DNA from: Bdellovibrionota bacterium
Lineage (GTDB): Bacteria > Bdellovibrionota_C > UBA2361 > OMII01
Assembly (NCBI GenBank): GCA_044345405.1
Contig: JBIJBE010000050.1
Location: 1 to 23,136 of the forward strand
Direction of reading: 5' to 3'
Length of the DNA stretch: 23,136 nt
In this document: piece after piece, positions 8,024 through 17,240 of the stretch
How positions within the stretch are numbered: position 1 is the stretch's first letter
Layout: every line of letters begins with the position of its first letter
Program-made: the position numbers and the translations under genes
Notes under the pieces: generated by a model
What the model was told of the DNA's origin: nothing
Databases searched by the model: none
Seen by the model: only the letters and a program-made list of their open reading frames with translations

Positions 8024-9193
8024 TTATAGATTGCCGCGCTCCTCCTGCTCTCGCTCGATCGCCTCAAAGAGCGCCTTAAAGTTACCCTTTCCAAATCCAG
8101 AGGAGCCCTCTCGTTGGATGATCTCAAAGAACAGGGTGGGGCGATCCTCAAGTGGCTTCGTGAATATCTGTAAGAGGTATCCATCCTCGTCCCGATCGAC
8201 GAGTATGCCGAGCTCCTTTAGTACGGCGATATCCTCCTTGATGGCGCCGACCCGGTTTGGGGCTTCATCGTAGTAGGTCTTCGGAACGTAAAGAAATGGA
8301 ACGTCGCGTTCTCGTAGCGCCCGAACGGTCGAGATAATGTCATCCGTCATGAAGGCGATGTGTTGTACGCCGGCGCCTTGATGGAATTCGAGGTACTCCT
8401 CGATCTGTGATTTCCGTTTTCCTTCGGCGGGCTCGTTGATGGGAAGTTTAATCCTTCCCTTCCCGCCGTTCATTACTTTTGACATGAGAGCGGAGTATTC
8501 CGTAGAGATATCCTTGTCAGAGAAGTGCGTAAGTTGCGTGAAGCCGAGGATACGTTCGTAGAAACCTACCCACTCATTCATCTTCCCAAGCTCCACGTTT
8601 CCGACGACGTGGTCGATCCTTTTCAATCCTCCCTCCGTTTTTGGTTTCGCGCGTGGAAAGATCTTTGAATAGGGCTGAAAGCCGGGCCAGTACGTTCCTT
8701 TGTAATCTTTTCGCTCTACGAAGGAGTGGATGGTGTGTCCATACGTTTTGATGGCGGCGTGAACGATCGTTCCATGGTCATCCCTCCATTCGGTCGGAGG
8801 CGAAGCGGAGGTCGCTCCTCGTCGCATCGCCTCGTAGTAAGCCGCTTCACAATGTGGGACCTCAAACGCTACGTCTCGAGGTGAGAAGCTATGCGCGTGA
8901 ACGAATGAAGCGATGTGACTCATCATCTTGAGCGCGCACGTGAGTACGATCGTGGCCTCGCCCTGCTTAAGCACGATGCTCACCGATTCTCGCCATCCGG
9001 TCTCTGGACCACGATAGGCGACCGGAATGAATCCGAAGGCGTTGATGAGGTAGTAGGCGCTCTGTCGCGCGGAGTCGCAGTAGATCTCGATGTGGTCGAA
9101 TCCATCGATTGCGAGTGGGTCTTCGCCTTGAGTGATTCGCGCGTCTCGAGGGTCGAGCCAGCGAGTAGTGAACGGAGCGAGGTTTTTACTCAT
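8024..9193 (-). CDS. hppD: 4-hydroxyphenylpyruvate dioxygenase
   Basis: Fe-binding triad in IDHVVGNV, GVQHIAF and FFEIIQR. Also has KLPINEP..GKRKSQIEEYL, YLLQIFTKP and GFGKGNFKALFEAIEREQ. GGAGA ribosome-binding site upstream. Confidence 0.97.
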   Translation of the reverse strand: MSKNLAPFTTRWLDPRDARITQGEDPLAIDGFDHIEIYCDSARQSAYYLINAFGFIPVAYRGPETGWRESVSIVLKQGEATIVLTCALKMMSHIASFVHAHSFSPRDVAFEVPHCEAAYYEAMRRGATSASPPTEWRDDHGTIVHAAIKTYGHTIHSFVERKDYKGTYWPGFQPYSKIFPRAKPKTEGGLKRIDHVVGNVELGKMNEWVGFYERILGFTQLTHFSDKDISTEYSALMSKVMNGGKGRIKLPINEPAEGKRKSQIEEYLEFHQGAGVQHIAFMTDDIISTVRALRERDVPFLYVPKTYYDEAPNRVGAIKEDIAVLKELGILVDRDEDGYLLQIFTKPLEDRPTLFFEIIQREGSSGFGKGNFKALFEAIEREQEERGNL

Positions 9194-9222
9194 AGCGAAC
9201 TCTCCATGTCGACGATGGTATG

Positions 9223-9228
9223 AGTATA
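9223..9228 (-). promoter_or_regulatory. Possible sigma70 -10 box (TATACT) for hppD
   Basis: TATACT on the minus strand about 30 nt upstream of the hppD ATG. No convincing -35 element. Confidence 0.3.
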
Positions 9229-9348
9229 CCCCCTTATTCCGGGGAGGGGCATTAGGAAATGTTGGAGGCCATGGCCGTCGCTAGATCCCTGAATTGAATG
9301 GTTTTTGGAGGTTCAAGCTTTTGAGTCGATGTTGGTTCAGGTAGCGAT

Positions 9349-9499
9349 CTCGCACCATGGGGGGGCGACCATTCCTGGTCGCCGGAATATTTCATGTCTG
9401 CAACGACTTGTGTGCTGGGCTCCAACACGGCGGTCAGGAATGACCGCCCTCCCGGATCACGGGCTCGCACCATGGGAGGGCGACCATTTCTGGTCGCCG
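9349..9499. repeat. Three-unit BIME-like array of the same REP hairpins in alternating orientation
   Basis: Units at 9359-9383 (+), 9429-9453 (-) and 9474-9498 (+). 9349-9384 and 9464-9499 form a 36-nt direct repeat with 2 mismatches. 9424-9455 is identical to 7027-7058 (32 nt). Confidence 0.88.
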
Positions 9500-9519
9500 A
9501 AAGGACAGGGGAGACCTCC

Positions 9520-10581
9520 CTACTCCCCCAACAACCCCCTAGCCGTTCCGAAATACAACGCCTCAAGAACATCATCAGGCAACGTGCATCCCCGCAGGGT
9601 CGGAGCGTCGAGCGGCGAGTGCCGTTCAGGATTAACGAGGTGCAGATCGGGATCCGCTATCGGAGAAGCTCCAACATGGTCAGTTTCTAGTAGTGTGCGA
9701 AGCGCCCAGTAGCGAGAGGCGTAGAGATCGTACGCGTCCTCTGGGTTTGCCGCTTTCGCGTCCATCTCGCTCGCGTTCGTTGAGCTTGAGAGGTGCGCAT
9801 CGCTCGTTACGATGTCCGACCCGAACAGGATACGGCCCTTCCAGCGGGTGAAAAACGCGCGGACCTCTTCAGGTGGATGTTTACTCAACTCCCGCACAAT
9901 CCACTTGGTCGCGCTGCAGTCGAGGTAGAGATTTTTGTTTCTCTGAAGGAGACCGGAGAGGAACTCAAGGTCTTCTGGATACCCACCCATGTGCGCCGCG
10001 ATCCATGGGGCTGAAAACTTGGAGAGCACCTCCTCGAATATCTCGTATTGTTGCCGCTTCGTTCCGTATCGATTGGCGTCCTTGAACTTGGTGTTGAACC
10101 ACGTGTCAGGATCAGCGATGTGCGCCATGAACATCATGCCGAGATCCATCGCGACCTTCATCACCTCGAGTCGTTCAGGAGCGTTTAGCTTGAATGGACT
10201 TTGGGCGAACGGCGCGTCGGAGGCTTCATAGATACGAGGCGCGTTCCAGAACTTTACTATCTGAGCGCCGTGTTGTTTGAACTGCGGAATAGTTTCGATG
10301 TAGCCCTTACCGACGGCAGCGGCTCGGTCTTTGTTGGCGAAATCGGGAATCGCGATGAAGCGGATTCTATCCCCGAGAATCTTTTTTACCCGGGGGATCT
10401 CTCTGAGCGAGGTCATCGAGTAGGTGAGGCCCACGCCGTGTTCCTCCGCTGTTCGGGAGTAGATCTCGGTAGCCTCTCCGCCGTTGATGTGCGAGTGCAC
10501 GTCGATAATCGGGTAGGGGAGTTTGCGGAAGGTCTGAGCGAGTTGTTGGTAGTTTAGGTTAAGTCGGTTGGATGGTTTCAT
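9520..10581 (-). CDS. Amidohydrolase-family metal-dependent hydrolase (Amidohydro_2-like TIM barrel)
   Basis: IIDVHSH (HxH), AHIADPD, AAHMGG, NLYLDCS and RILFGSD motifs. Confidence 0.85.
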   Translation of the reverse strand: MKPSNRLNLNYQQLAQTFRKLPYPIIDVHSHINGGEATEIYSRTAEEHGVGLTYSMTSLREIPRVKKILGDRIRFIAIPDFANKDRAAAVGKGYIETIPQFKQHGAQIVKFWNAPRIYEASDAPFAQSPFKLNAPERLEVMKVAMDLGMMFMAHIADPDTWFNTKFKDANRYGTKRQQYEIFEEVLSKFSAPWIAAHMGGYPEDLEFLSGLLQRNKNLYLDCSATKWIVRELSKHPPEEVRAFFTRWKGRILFGSDIVTSDAHLSSSTNASEMDAKAANPEDAYDLYASRYWALRTLLETDHVGASPIADPDLHLVNPERHSPLDAPTLRGCTLPDDVLEALYFGTARGLLGE

Positions 10582-10815
10582 AGGTCAGTAAGTTGGGATC
10601 TTACACCGTTTGAAGGGGCCGTGGGAGGAGGTACCGGCATCTAAATCATAGGGAATTTGATACCTTACGAGTACCGTAACCGGTAATGTGAGGAGTACAA
10701 GGGCCCATGAAAAACACTGTAATCCTGGTGATTTAAGTATGCCCCTGAAGGCGAAGTCGGTCATACTAAAGAGATTCCACTCCACACCCCTTACAGCCGT
10801 ATAGGTCGTCCGCTC

Positions 10816-12315
10816 ATGAATACCCCGCGTGCTACGCAAACGTTTGTTGATCTTCCACCCGCTCCGCTTGAGGCTCGACTGCTCATCGGCGGGGAGTGGA
10901 AACGAGGAGAGGGTGAGTCAAAGATCATTGTGTCCCCCTACAACGGAGCGGAGCTCGGGGTTGTCTACGGGGCGACGTCGGCGCAGATAGAGCAGGCGGT
11001 GGCCTCGGCGGCGCGCGCTTTTACGGAGTGGCGACGAACACCACAGAAGGAACGGAGCTCAAAGCTGCTCTCCTTTCGAGGTCTTCTTATGAGAGACCTT
11101 GAACTCCTCGCCCACAGCGCGGCTCGTGAGTGTGGCAAAACGGTCGCTGAGGGACGGGCTGAGGTATTAAAGGGGATCGAGGTTCTTGAGTTCGCCGCGG
11201 GACTTCAGGATAGCGATGTCGGTGGAGCGCTCGATGTAAGTCGAGGAGTTCGGTGTGAGTACATTCGAGAGCCTCTCGGGGTCACCGTAGGAATTACTCC
11301 CTTCAATTTCCCGGCGATGGTTCCGATGTGGATGATCCCGATAGCGCTCTCCGTTGGAAACGCCTTCATTCTTAAGCCTTCCGATAAGGTTCCCTTCACG
11401 CCGGGGCTGCTGGGAGATTTAATGCTCGAGGCCGGATTGCCAAAAGGGATCTTTTCCATCCTACACGGCGGAAAAGATGTTGTTGAGGCTCTTGCGGAGC
11501 ATCCGGGCGTCTCGGCGATTGGCTTTGTTGGCTCCTCGGCTATCGCGAAGAGCGTGTATGTCCGCGCGACCACATCAGGAAGGCGCGCCCTCTGTCTTGG
11601 TGGTGCCAAGAATCATCTCATCCTAACTCCTGACGCCGACCCAAAGATCGCTGTGGAGGGGATCGTGGGTTCGTTTACAGGATGCGCCGGTCAACGATGC
11701 ATGGCCGGCAGCGTTTTGGTCGTGGTCGGTGAGTGCGGCACGCTCGTTGACCAGGTTGTTGACGCTGCCGCAAAGATCTCCCTTGGACGTGACATGGGGG
11801 CGTTGATTGACAAAGTCGCCCACGCCCGTCTGATTCAGGCGATCGAAAAAGCGGAGCGTGAAGGCGCGAAGGTGCGGCTCGACGGGCGTAAGCTTCCGGC
11901 GCCTGTTGGATACGAGGGAGGCTCTTGGCTTGGCCCTACTATCCTCGATGAGGTTCGCTCCTCGATGGAGTGTTCGTGCGCGGAGCTTTTCGGGCCGGTT
12001 CTCTCAATCCTACGTGTGAAGAACCTAGAGGAGGCGATGGCGCTTGAACGATCGAGCGCGTATGGCAACGCGTGCGTTGTCTTTACCTCAAGTGGAGCGG
12101 TCGCCCGGTACGTCGCTGAGAACGCCACCGCTGGCATGATCGGCGTTAATATCGGAGTTCCGGTTCCACGCGAGCCGTTCTCGTTCGGAGGAACAAAGGA
12201 ATCGAAGTTCGGCGTGGGAGATATCACCGGTGTCGGTGGAGTCGAGTTTTGGTCTCAACGTAAAAAGGTAACCAGCAAGTGGGCGCTGCAGAGCGACAAA
12301 AACTGGATGTCGTAA
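10816..12315 (+). CDS. mmsA: CoA-acylating (methyl)malonate-semialdehyde dehydrogenase
   Basis: MMSDH-type ALDH motifs: GITPFNFPAMVPMW, LKPSDKVP, FVGSS, GGAKNH, catalytic GQRCMA, ELFGPVL and GVNIGVPVP...FSFGG. Confidence 0.92.
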   Translation: MNTPRATQTFVDLPPAPLEARLLIGGEWKRGEGESKIIVSPYNGAELGVVYGATSAQIEQAVASAARAFTEWRRTPQKERSSKLLSFRGLLMRDLELLAHSAARECGKTVAEGRAEVLKGIEVLEFAAGLQDSDVGGALDVSRGVRCEYIREPLGVTVGITPFNFPAMVPMWMIPIALSVGNAFILKPSDKVPFTPGLLGDLMLEAGLPKGIFSILHGGKDVVEALAEHPGVSAIGFVGSSAIAKSVYVRATTSGRRALCLGGAKNHLILTPDADPKIAVEGIVGSFTGCAGQRCMAGSVLVVVGECGTLVDQVVDAAAKISLGRDMGALIDKVAHARLIQAIEKAEREGAKVRLDGRKLPAPVGYEGGSWLGPTILDEVRSSMECSCAELFGPVLSILRVKNLEEAMALERSSAYGNACVVFTSSGAVARYVAENATAGMIGVNIGVPVPREPFSFGGTKESKFGVGDITGVGGVEFWSQRKKVTSKWALQSDKNWMS

Positions 12316-12329
12316 CAAGGTAGGGTGAG

Positions 12330-13589
12330 ATGACCACACACAATAAATTACAGAAGCCTATCGTCCTCACCTCCCACACTCCAACCCAAGGGAGTAAAGG
12401 GCCGACGATCCAATGGGGCTCAGATGCCTTGCTCGATAGGGGGCCGATCGTGGGGACCCTCACCAATCCGGCGCACCGTAACGTTATCGGCACCCACTCA
12501 GGTTCGTACTCGGTGTACCGAGCGCTCGCGGTGGCGTCTGGAGCGCTCGCTCCTGATCATCGCCCCGATCTTACGAACACCGCTCCAACATCACCGATCG
12601 GTCCCTTTGACACCTGGTACAACGCGGAAAAGATCGTCTCTATGGATCCGTGGGGAGGTGAGATAGCTCGATATTTTAAGTCGTATCTCGATCAGGGATA
12701 CAATATTCAGCCCACGATCGCGATAACACAGGCGCATATCGCGATGCCTGAGGTGAGCGAGGCGATTAAGCTCGGACAGATAGCCGCTGATGGCACGCTC
12801 GTTCGAGCGAGTGGTGATTGTCTTGTAACCAAGGCCGCGATTGAGCCGGTATGGTATCTTCCCGGGGTCGCGAAGCGATTCGGTATATCAGAGAGCGATC
12901 TTCGTCGCGGGCTCTTTGAGCACACCGGTGGAATGTTCCCTGAGCTTATCACTCGGCCCGATCTTCACGTCTTGCTGCCCCCGATTGGTGGACAAACTGT
13001 GTACTTCTTTGGGGAGCCGTCGACTATTCCTGACCTCTCGAAGGAACTCACCGTTCGTGTCCACGATGAGTGTAACGGTTCTGATGTATTCGGCTCCGAT
13101 ATCTGTACGTGTCGACCGTACTTGGTGCACGGGATCGAGGAGTGTATCAAGACTGCGCAGAAGGGTGGATGTGGCGTTATCGTCTACAATCGAAAAGAGG
13201 GACGAGCTCTGGGCGAGGTGACGAAGTTCCTTGTCTATAACGCGCGTAAGCGACAGGAGGGTGGTGATAGAGCGGACCAGTACTTCGCTCGAACTGAGTG
13301 CATCGCCGGCGTACAGGACATGCGGTTCCAAGAGCTGATGCCCGATGTGTTGCATTGGATGGGTACCAAACGGATCGATCGGCTCGTTTCGATGAGTGAT
13401 ATGAAGTACAACGCGATCACCCGCTCCGGGATCGAGGTAACCGAGCGGATATCGATCCCGGCGGACCGTATTCCGGCCGATGCCCATGTAGAGATGGACG
13501 CAAAGAAAGCGGCCGGCTACTACTCTGAGACTGGTGCTCCGACTAAAGAAGACTTACAAAAGACCAAAGGACGCGGTCTGGAGGAATAA
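12330..13589 (+). CDS. URC1/Urg1-like GTP cyclohydrolase II family protein with N-terminal extension
   Basis: N-terminal IQWG....L.RGPIV....HRNVIGTHSGSYSVYRALAVA domain, followed by a cyclohydrolase core with RVHDECNGSDVFGSDICTC (Zn cysteines) and KEGRALGEVTK. Adjacent to URC4-like and upp genes. Confidence 0.9.
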   Translation: MTTHNKLQKPIVLTSHTPTQGSKGPTIQWGSDALLDRGPIVGTLTNPAHRNVIGTHSGSYSVYRALAVASGALAPDHRPDLTNTAPTSPIGPFDTWYNAEKIVSMDPWGGEIARYFKSYLDQGYNIQPTIAITQAHIAMPEVSEAIKLGQIAADGTLVRASGDCLVTKAAIEPVWYLPGVAKRFGISESDLRRGLFEHTGGMFPELITRPDLHVLLPPIGGQTVYFFGEPSTIPDLSKELTVRVHDECNGSDVFGSDICTCRPYLVHGIEECIKTAQKGGCGVIVYNRKEGRALGEVTKFLVYNARKRQEGGDRADQYFARTECIAGVQDMRFQELMPDVLHWMGTKRIDRLVSMSDMKYNAITRSGIEVTERISIPADRIPADAHVEMDAKKAAGYYSETGAPTKEDLQKTKGRGLEE

Positions 13590-13597
13590 CAGCCGTG

Positions 13598-14830
13598 ATG
13601 AATGTCATGACATCGAGCACTGATACCGTGGCGTATCTTCGTACCCCTCAAGCTATTCGAGAGAGGTGTCGTCAGCTCTACGATATGGCGACGCGAGGGG
13701 AGCTCGCCCACTTTAACCTCCATCTTGATCGTCTCGATACGGTGGCGCGCCTCGTTGGTTCTGAGACGACCCGCAACTACCCTGACCTTAACGTTCCCTA
13801 CCACAGTCGCTGGCGCCACTTTAACGTTGGTGGTCTCGATCGAAACACGGTCGTTAATGAGATCCTAGCTCCGCTCACACCGAAGGAGCGATGCAGGAGT
13901 AAGATCGAGTTAGCGATCTTGAGCGTCCTGCTCGACGCTGGAGCGGGCGATGAGTGGGGATTTACCGACAAGAATAGCGACTCTCGTCACAGACGGTCAG
14001 AGGGATTGGCGATCGCCTCGATGTACGCGTATGGAGATGGGGTGTTTGGACCCGAGCCATTTGTCGCGACGAGCGGGCGTCTTAAGGCGATTACTCCAGC
14101 GGAGTTGGGAGACGCGTTTCAGGTCTCAAAGAGTAATCCACTCTTGGGACTTGAGGGGCGATGCGCTTTGCTTACTAACCTCGGTCGGGTAATTGAGTCC
14201 CGCCCACAAGATTTTAAGGGGAGTCCCGGACGACTTGGAGGGATCCTCGAAACGATACTTGGATACGCGAAAGGTTCAGAGCTTCAAGCCTCTGATATCC
14301 TCCGATGCCTCCTGACCAGTTTTGCCGATATTTGGCCCGGTCGAGTGGCGATCGGCGGAGCCAACCTGGGTGATGTATGGCGCCATAGTAAGGTGGTGGG
14401 GCCCGGTGAGACGAACGGTTTGGTTCCGTTTCACAAGCTCTCTCAATGGTTAACCTATTCACTCCTTGAGCCTCTTGAGGAATACGGCGTGAAGGTGATG
14501 GGTCTCGATCAGCTCACCGGACTCGCCGAATATCGAAACGGTGGACTCTTCCTCGACGGGGGAGTCCTATCGCTCAAAGACCCGAGCGCCGCGTCCGTTG
14601 AGCATGCTCCATCGTCGGAGATTATCGTTGAGTGGCGAGCCTTGACCGTTATTCTCCTTGATCAGGTCGCTGCCCGTCTGCGAGAGTCTCTCAATAAGAG
14701 TGAGGTCGAGTTGCCGCTCGCCAAGGTCCTCCAAGGAGGAACGTGGGCGGTGGGTCGCACCCTAGCCACGGGACGTCGAGCTGGTGGTGGGCCTCCACTA
14801 AAAATTGCGAGCGACGGTACGGTTTTCTAG
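13598..14830 (+). CDS. URC4/Urg3-family protein (DUF1688)
   Basis: Motifs [79 protein letters not shown] and terminal SDGTVF. The start could be 13595, 13598 or 13607. Confidence 0.9.
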   Translation: MNVMTSSTDTVAYLRTPQAIRERCRQLYDMATRGELAHFNLHLDRLDTVARLVGSETTRNYPDLNVPYHSRWRHFNVGGLDRNTVVNEILAPLTPKERCRSKIELAILSVLLDAGAGDEWGFTDKNSDSRHRRSEGLAIASMYAYGDGVFGPEPFVATSGRLKAITPAELGDAFQVSKSNPLLGLEGRCALLTNLGRVIESRPQDFKGSPGRLGGILETILGYAKGSELQASDILRCLLTSFADIWPGRVAIGGANLGDVWRHSKVVGPGETNGLVPFHKLSQWLTYSLLEPLEEYGVKVMGLDQLTGLAEYRNGGLFLDGGVLSLKDPSAASVEHAPSSEIIVEWRALTVILLDQVAARLRESLNKSEVELPLAKVLQGGTWAVGRTLATGRRAGGGPPLKIASDGTVF

Positions 14831-14856
14831 ATAGGAATAGAGAGGATCCGAATACG

Positions 14857-15492
14857 ATGAATACGAACAACTGCACGGTCATCACTCATCCGCTCGTTCA
14901 GCATAAGCTCAGTATCATGCGTATGCGGGAGACTCCGAGCGCCGAATTTCGGCGATTGTTGCGAGAGACCAGTATGCTCTTAGCGTATGAGGTTACGCGG
15001 GATCTTCCTCTCACGATGATCGATATCAATACACCGATTACGCCGATGAAGGCGCCGGTGATAGATGGCAAGAAGATAACGATCGTCTCGATCCTTCGCG
15101 CCGGTAACGGCATCCTCGATGGAATGCTGGAGTTGATCCCTTCAGCTAGGGTGGGACATATCGGTCTGTATCGTGATCCTGAGACCCTCACCCCTGTGGA
15201 ATACTACTTCAAGATGCCCCCCGACATCTCGCAACGAGACATTATCGTTGTTGACCCGATGCTCGCGACCGGAAACTCAGCGGCGGCCGCTATCTCCCGA
15301 ATTAAGAGCGTTTCTCCACTCTCCATAAAGTTCGTGTGCTTGATCGCGTCCCCTGAGGGCTTGAGCATCTTCCACCAAGAGCATCCCGATGTTCACGTAT
15401 TTACCGCCGCCATCGACGAGAAGTTGAACGACCATGGGTACATTGTGCCCGGTCTCGGTGACGCTGGAGATAGAATCTACGGAACAAAGTAG
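14857..15492 (+). CDS. upp: Uracil phosphoribosyltransferase (URC6 equivalent)
   Basis: [17 protein letters not shown]-binding [12 protein letters not shown] and [24 protein letters not shown] lies upstream of ATG 14857. Confidence 0.97.
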   Translation: MNTNNCTVITHPLVQHKLSIMRMRETPSAEFRRLLRETSMLLAYEVTRDLPLTMIDINTPITPMKAPVIDGKKITIVSILRAGNGILDGMLELIPSARVGHIGLYRDPETLTPVEYYFKMPPDISQRDIIVVDPMLATGNSAAAAISRIKSVSPLSIKFVCLIASPEGLSIFHQEHPDVHVFTAAIDEKLNDHGYIVPGLGDAGDRIYGTK

Positions 15493-15498
15493 AGCGGC

Positions 15499-17184
15499 TT
15501 ATTTCGGTTGAAGCGCGCGCGCCCCGGTGGAGAGAGCCCACCAACACACTGCCCTATTGAGCAGGTAGGTGACGAGCAGTCCCGCGCTGAGGACGAAAAT
15601 CACCTGATTGTCACCGCTCTGTATCTCGGGAAAAAGGAGGTATGCCCCAAACATACATCCCAGTGGAACCATGTTGAGGGAGAGTACGATCATGCTCGTC
15701 ATCATAAAGATGAAGCTGCCGAGGCTGGTCGATATTTGGGTGGAGTGCTCCCATTCAAATTGGGAGAAGAACGCCCCAAGTCCGATGCCAAGTCCCACCA
15801 GGCCCTGACAGATAATGATACCAGCGATACATGAGGCGAGTACGAGCGGAATATCGGCGTTGAGCGCCATCGCCCCGGAAATGAAAATAACTCCGCCGAT
15901 GCACGAGACGGGAAGGGTCCAGCTCTTACATTTAGCCTTGAGTAGCTCGCGAATCGAAAGGGGGGCCGCCTGGAGAAGCCAAAAAGATTGTCCCTCGAGG
16001 GATACAGAGGGGAACACGAACCGCGAACAGATGGAGGTGACGACCAAGGAACCCAAGGCGATGTTCGTGAGAAGAAGAAAGATATGCCAGATGGCCATGA
16101 CGTCGGCGCTCACATTCGTTGGGCCTTGCAAGAGTTGATAGTTGTAGAGGTAGAGGAAGGTGAGCCCGAGCAGAAGGGCGAGCTGTACGGTATGGGTAAG
16201 GTCGCGCGAGAATACCTTGTATTCCTTTGTGATGATCGCCCGGGTTGAGGCGCTTGAGAACGGAAGTAGTATCTGCGAGAGCTTGTGAGCGGCGCGGCTA
16301 TGAATCTTAAAGAGGTTGCCCGTGTGTCGGGTACGAGAGAGCCCGCGGTCATACAGTTTGCTGAAGGCGAATCGGGTAAAGAAACCTAACAGTGAGAGAA
16401 CCCCGAGGCTCTCAATCGTCGCTAAGAGCGGTACGGCGAGCTCGCCCCGCATGAGAGCGGTTATCGCGTGCGCGCAGTGCGTTGAGGGGAGCCACGGATT
16501 GAGAGCGAGTAAGGTCACACGTTCGAGATGATGAATAGGATCCACCGGCATGGATGGTTGTGACCATGAGCCTCCGTTCATCAACGCGAGGAATGCGCCG
16601 AACGAGAGAAGGAAGAGAGAGATAAAGAGAGGACGCCCCCGCTCCGATGGAATGAGGGAGGCAAAAACAATCGCCGTGATCACTCCGAGACTAACCGCGA
16701 CCGCGAAGAACGCCACGCACAGAAGAGGCGCGATAATCATGTAGACGATATCCGCGTCGTAGAACGCGCCGAAGGCGAGGAGCGCGGGAAACGCGAAGAG
16801 GCACACCATCCATGATACCGAGATTCCGACCTCGCACGTTTTCGCGAAGAGAAATGAGCCGGGGGAGACCGGTGTTGAGCCTATCAGGTCGAGGTCTTTT
16901 GAGAGGAAGAGCGCGCCGATAGCGGACACGGCGGCCGAGAGAAAGATCATCATGAAGAGGGTCGCGAGCATGACTCCGAGTGGAACCGTCGGATCGATCG
17001 TTACACCTGGAAGGAGTCGTTTAGCGTCACGTAAGGTTGAGAGGGTTGAGGTATAGATACCGCACATCATTACGACAGAGATTGCGGCGGCGAAAAGTTC
17101 CCTTAGTCCACGGTTCCCGGACTTTAACCATCTATTCTTGATGGTGAGCAATCGCGGTTTGAGTAGTACAGGGATGATGCTCAT
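15499..17184 (-). CDS. ABC-2-type transporter permease
   Basis: Highly hydrophobic 561-aa protein with motifs LFLSKDL......P, KEYKVFSRD and FPSVSLEG..FWLLQAAPL......KAK. Follows an ABC ATPase on the same strand. Confidence 0.85.
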   Translation of the reverse strand: MSIIPVLLKPRLLTIKNRWLKSGNRGLRELFAAAISVVMMCGIYTSTLSTLRDAKRLLPGVTIDPTVPLGVMLATLFMMIFLSAAVSAIGALFLSKDLDLIGSTPVSPGSFLFAKTCEVGISVSWMVCLFAFPALLAFGAFYDADIVYMIIAPLLCVAFFAVAVSLGVITAIVFASLIPSERGRPLFISLFLLSFGAFLALMNGGSWSQPSMPVDPIHHLERVTLLALNPWLPSTHCAHAITALMRGELAVPLLATIESLGVLSLLGFFTRFAFSKLYDRGLSRTRHTGNLFKIHSRAAHKLSQILLPFSSASTRAIITKEYKVFSRDLTHTVQLALLLGLTFLYLYNYQLLQGPTNVSADVMAIWHIFLLLTNIALGSLVVTSICSRFVFPSVSLEGQSFWLLQAAPLSIRELLKAKCKSWTLPVSCIGGVIFISGAMALNADIPLVLASCIAGIIICQGLVGLGIGLGAFFSQFEWEHSTQISTSLGSFIFMMTSMIVLSLNMVPLGCMFGAYLLFPEIQSGDNQVIFVLSAGLLVTYLLNRAVCWWALSTGARALQPK

Positions 17185-17240
17185 ACGTTCATGTATCGGT
17201 CATACCTGTTCGATGCCTTCATCCCCCCGCTTCGCGGCGT

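Noticed and set aside
9349-9499. CRISPR array (palindromic repeats with spacers of about 41-45 nt)
   Set aside because: The units alternate in orientation, come in two stem variants, have unequal spacers (45 and 20 nt) and recur at a separate intergenic site. No cas genes are present. REP/BIME fits better.
12888-13487. 199-aa antisense ORF, plus the similar ORF at 17280-17813
   Set aside because: Both are shadow frames opposite well-supported genes.
12330-13589. Riboflavin biosynthesis ribA
   Set aside because: The N-terminal extension and adjacency to DUF1688 and upp indicate the URC1 subfamily. No rib genes are nearby.
14743-14856. N-terminal extension of Upp given by the ORF track
   Set aside because: It overlaps the URC4-like gene. 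Upp similarity starts at ATG 14857, which has a ribosome-binding site.
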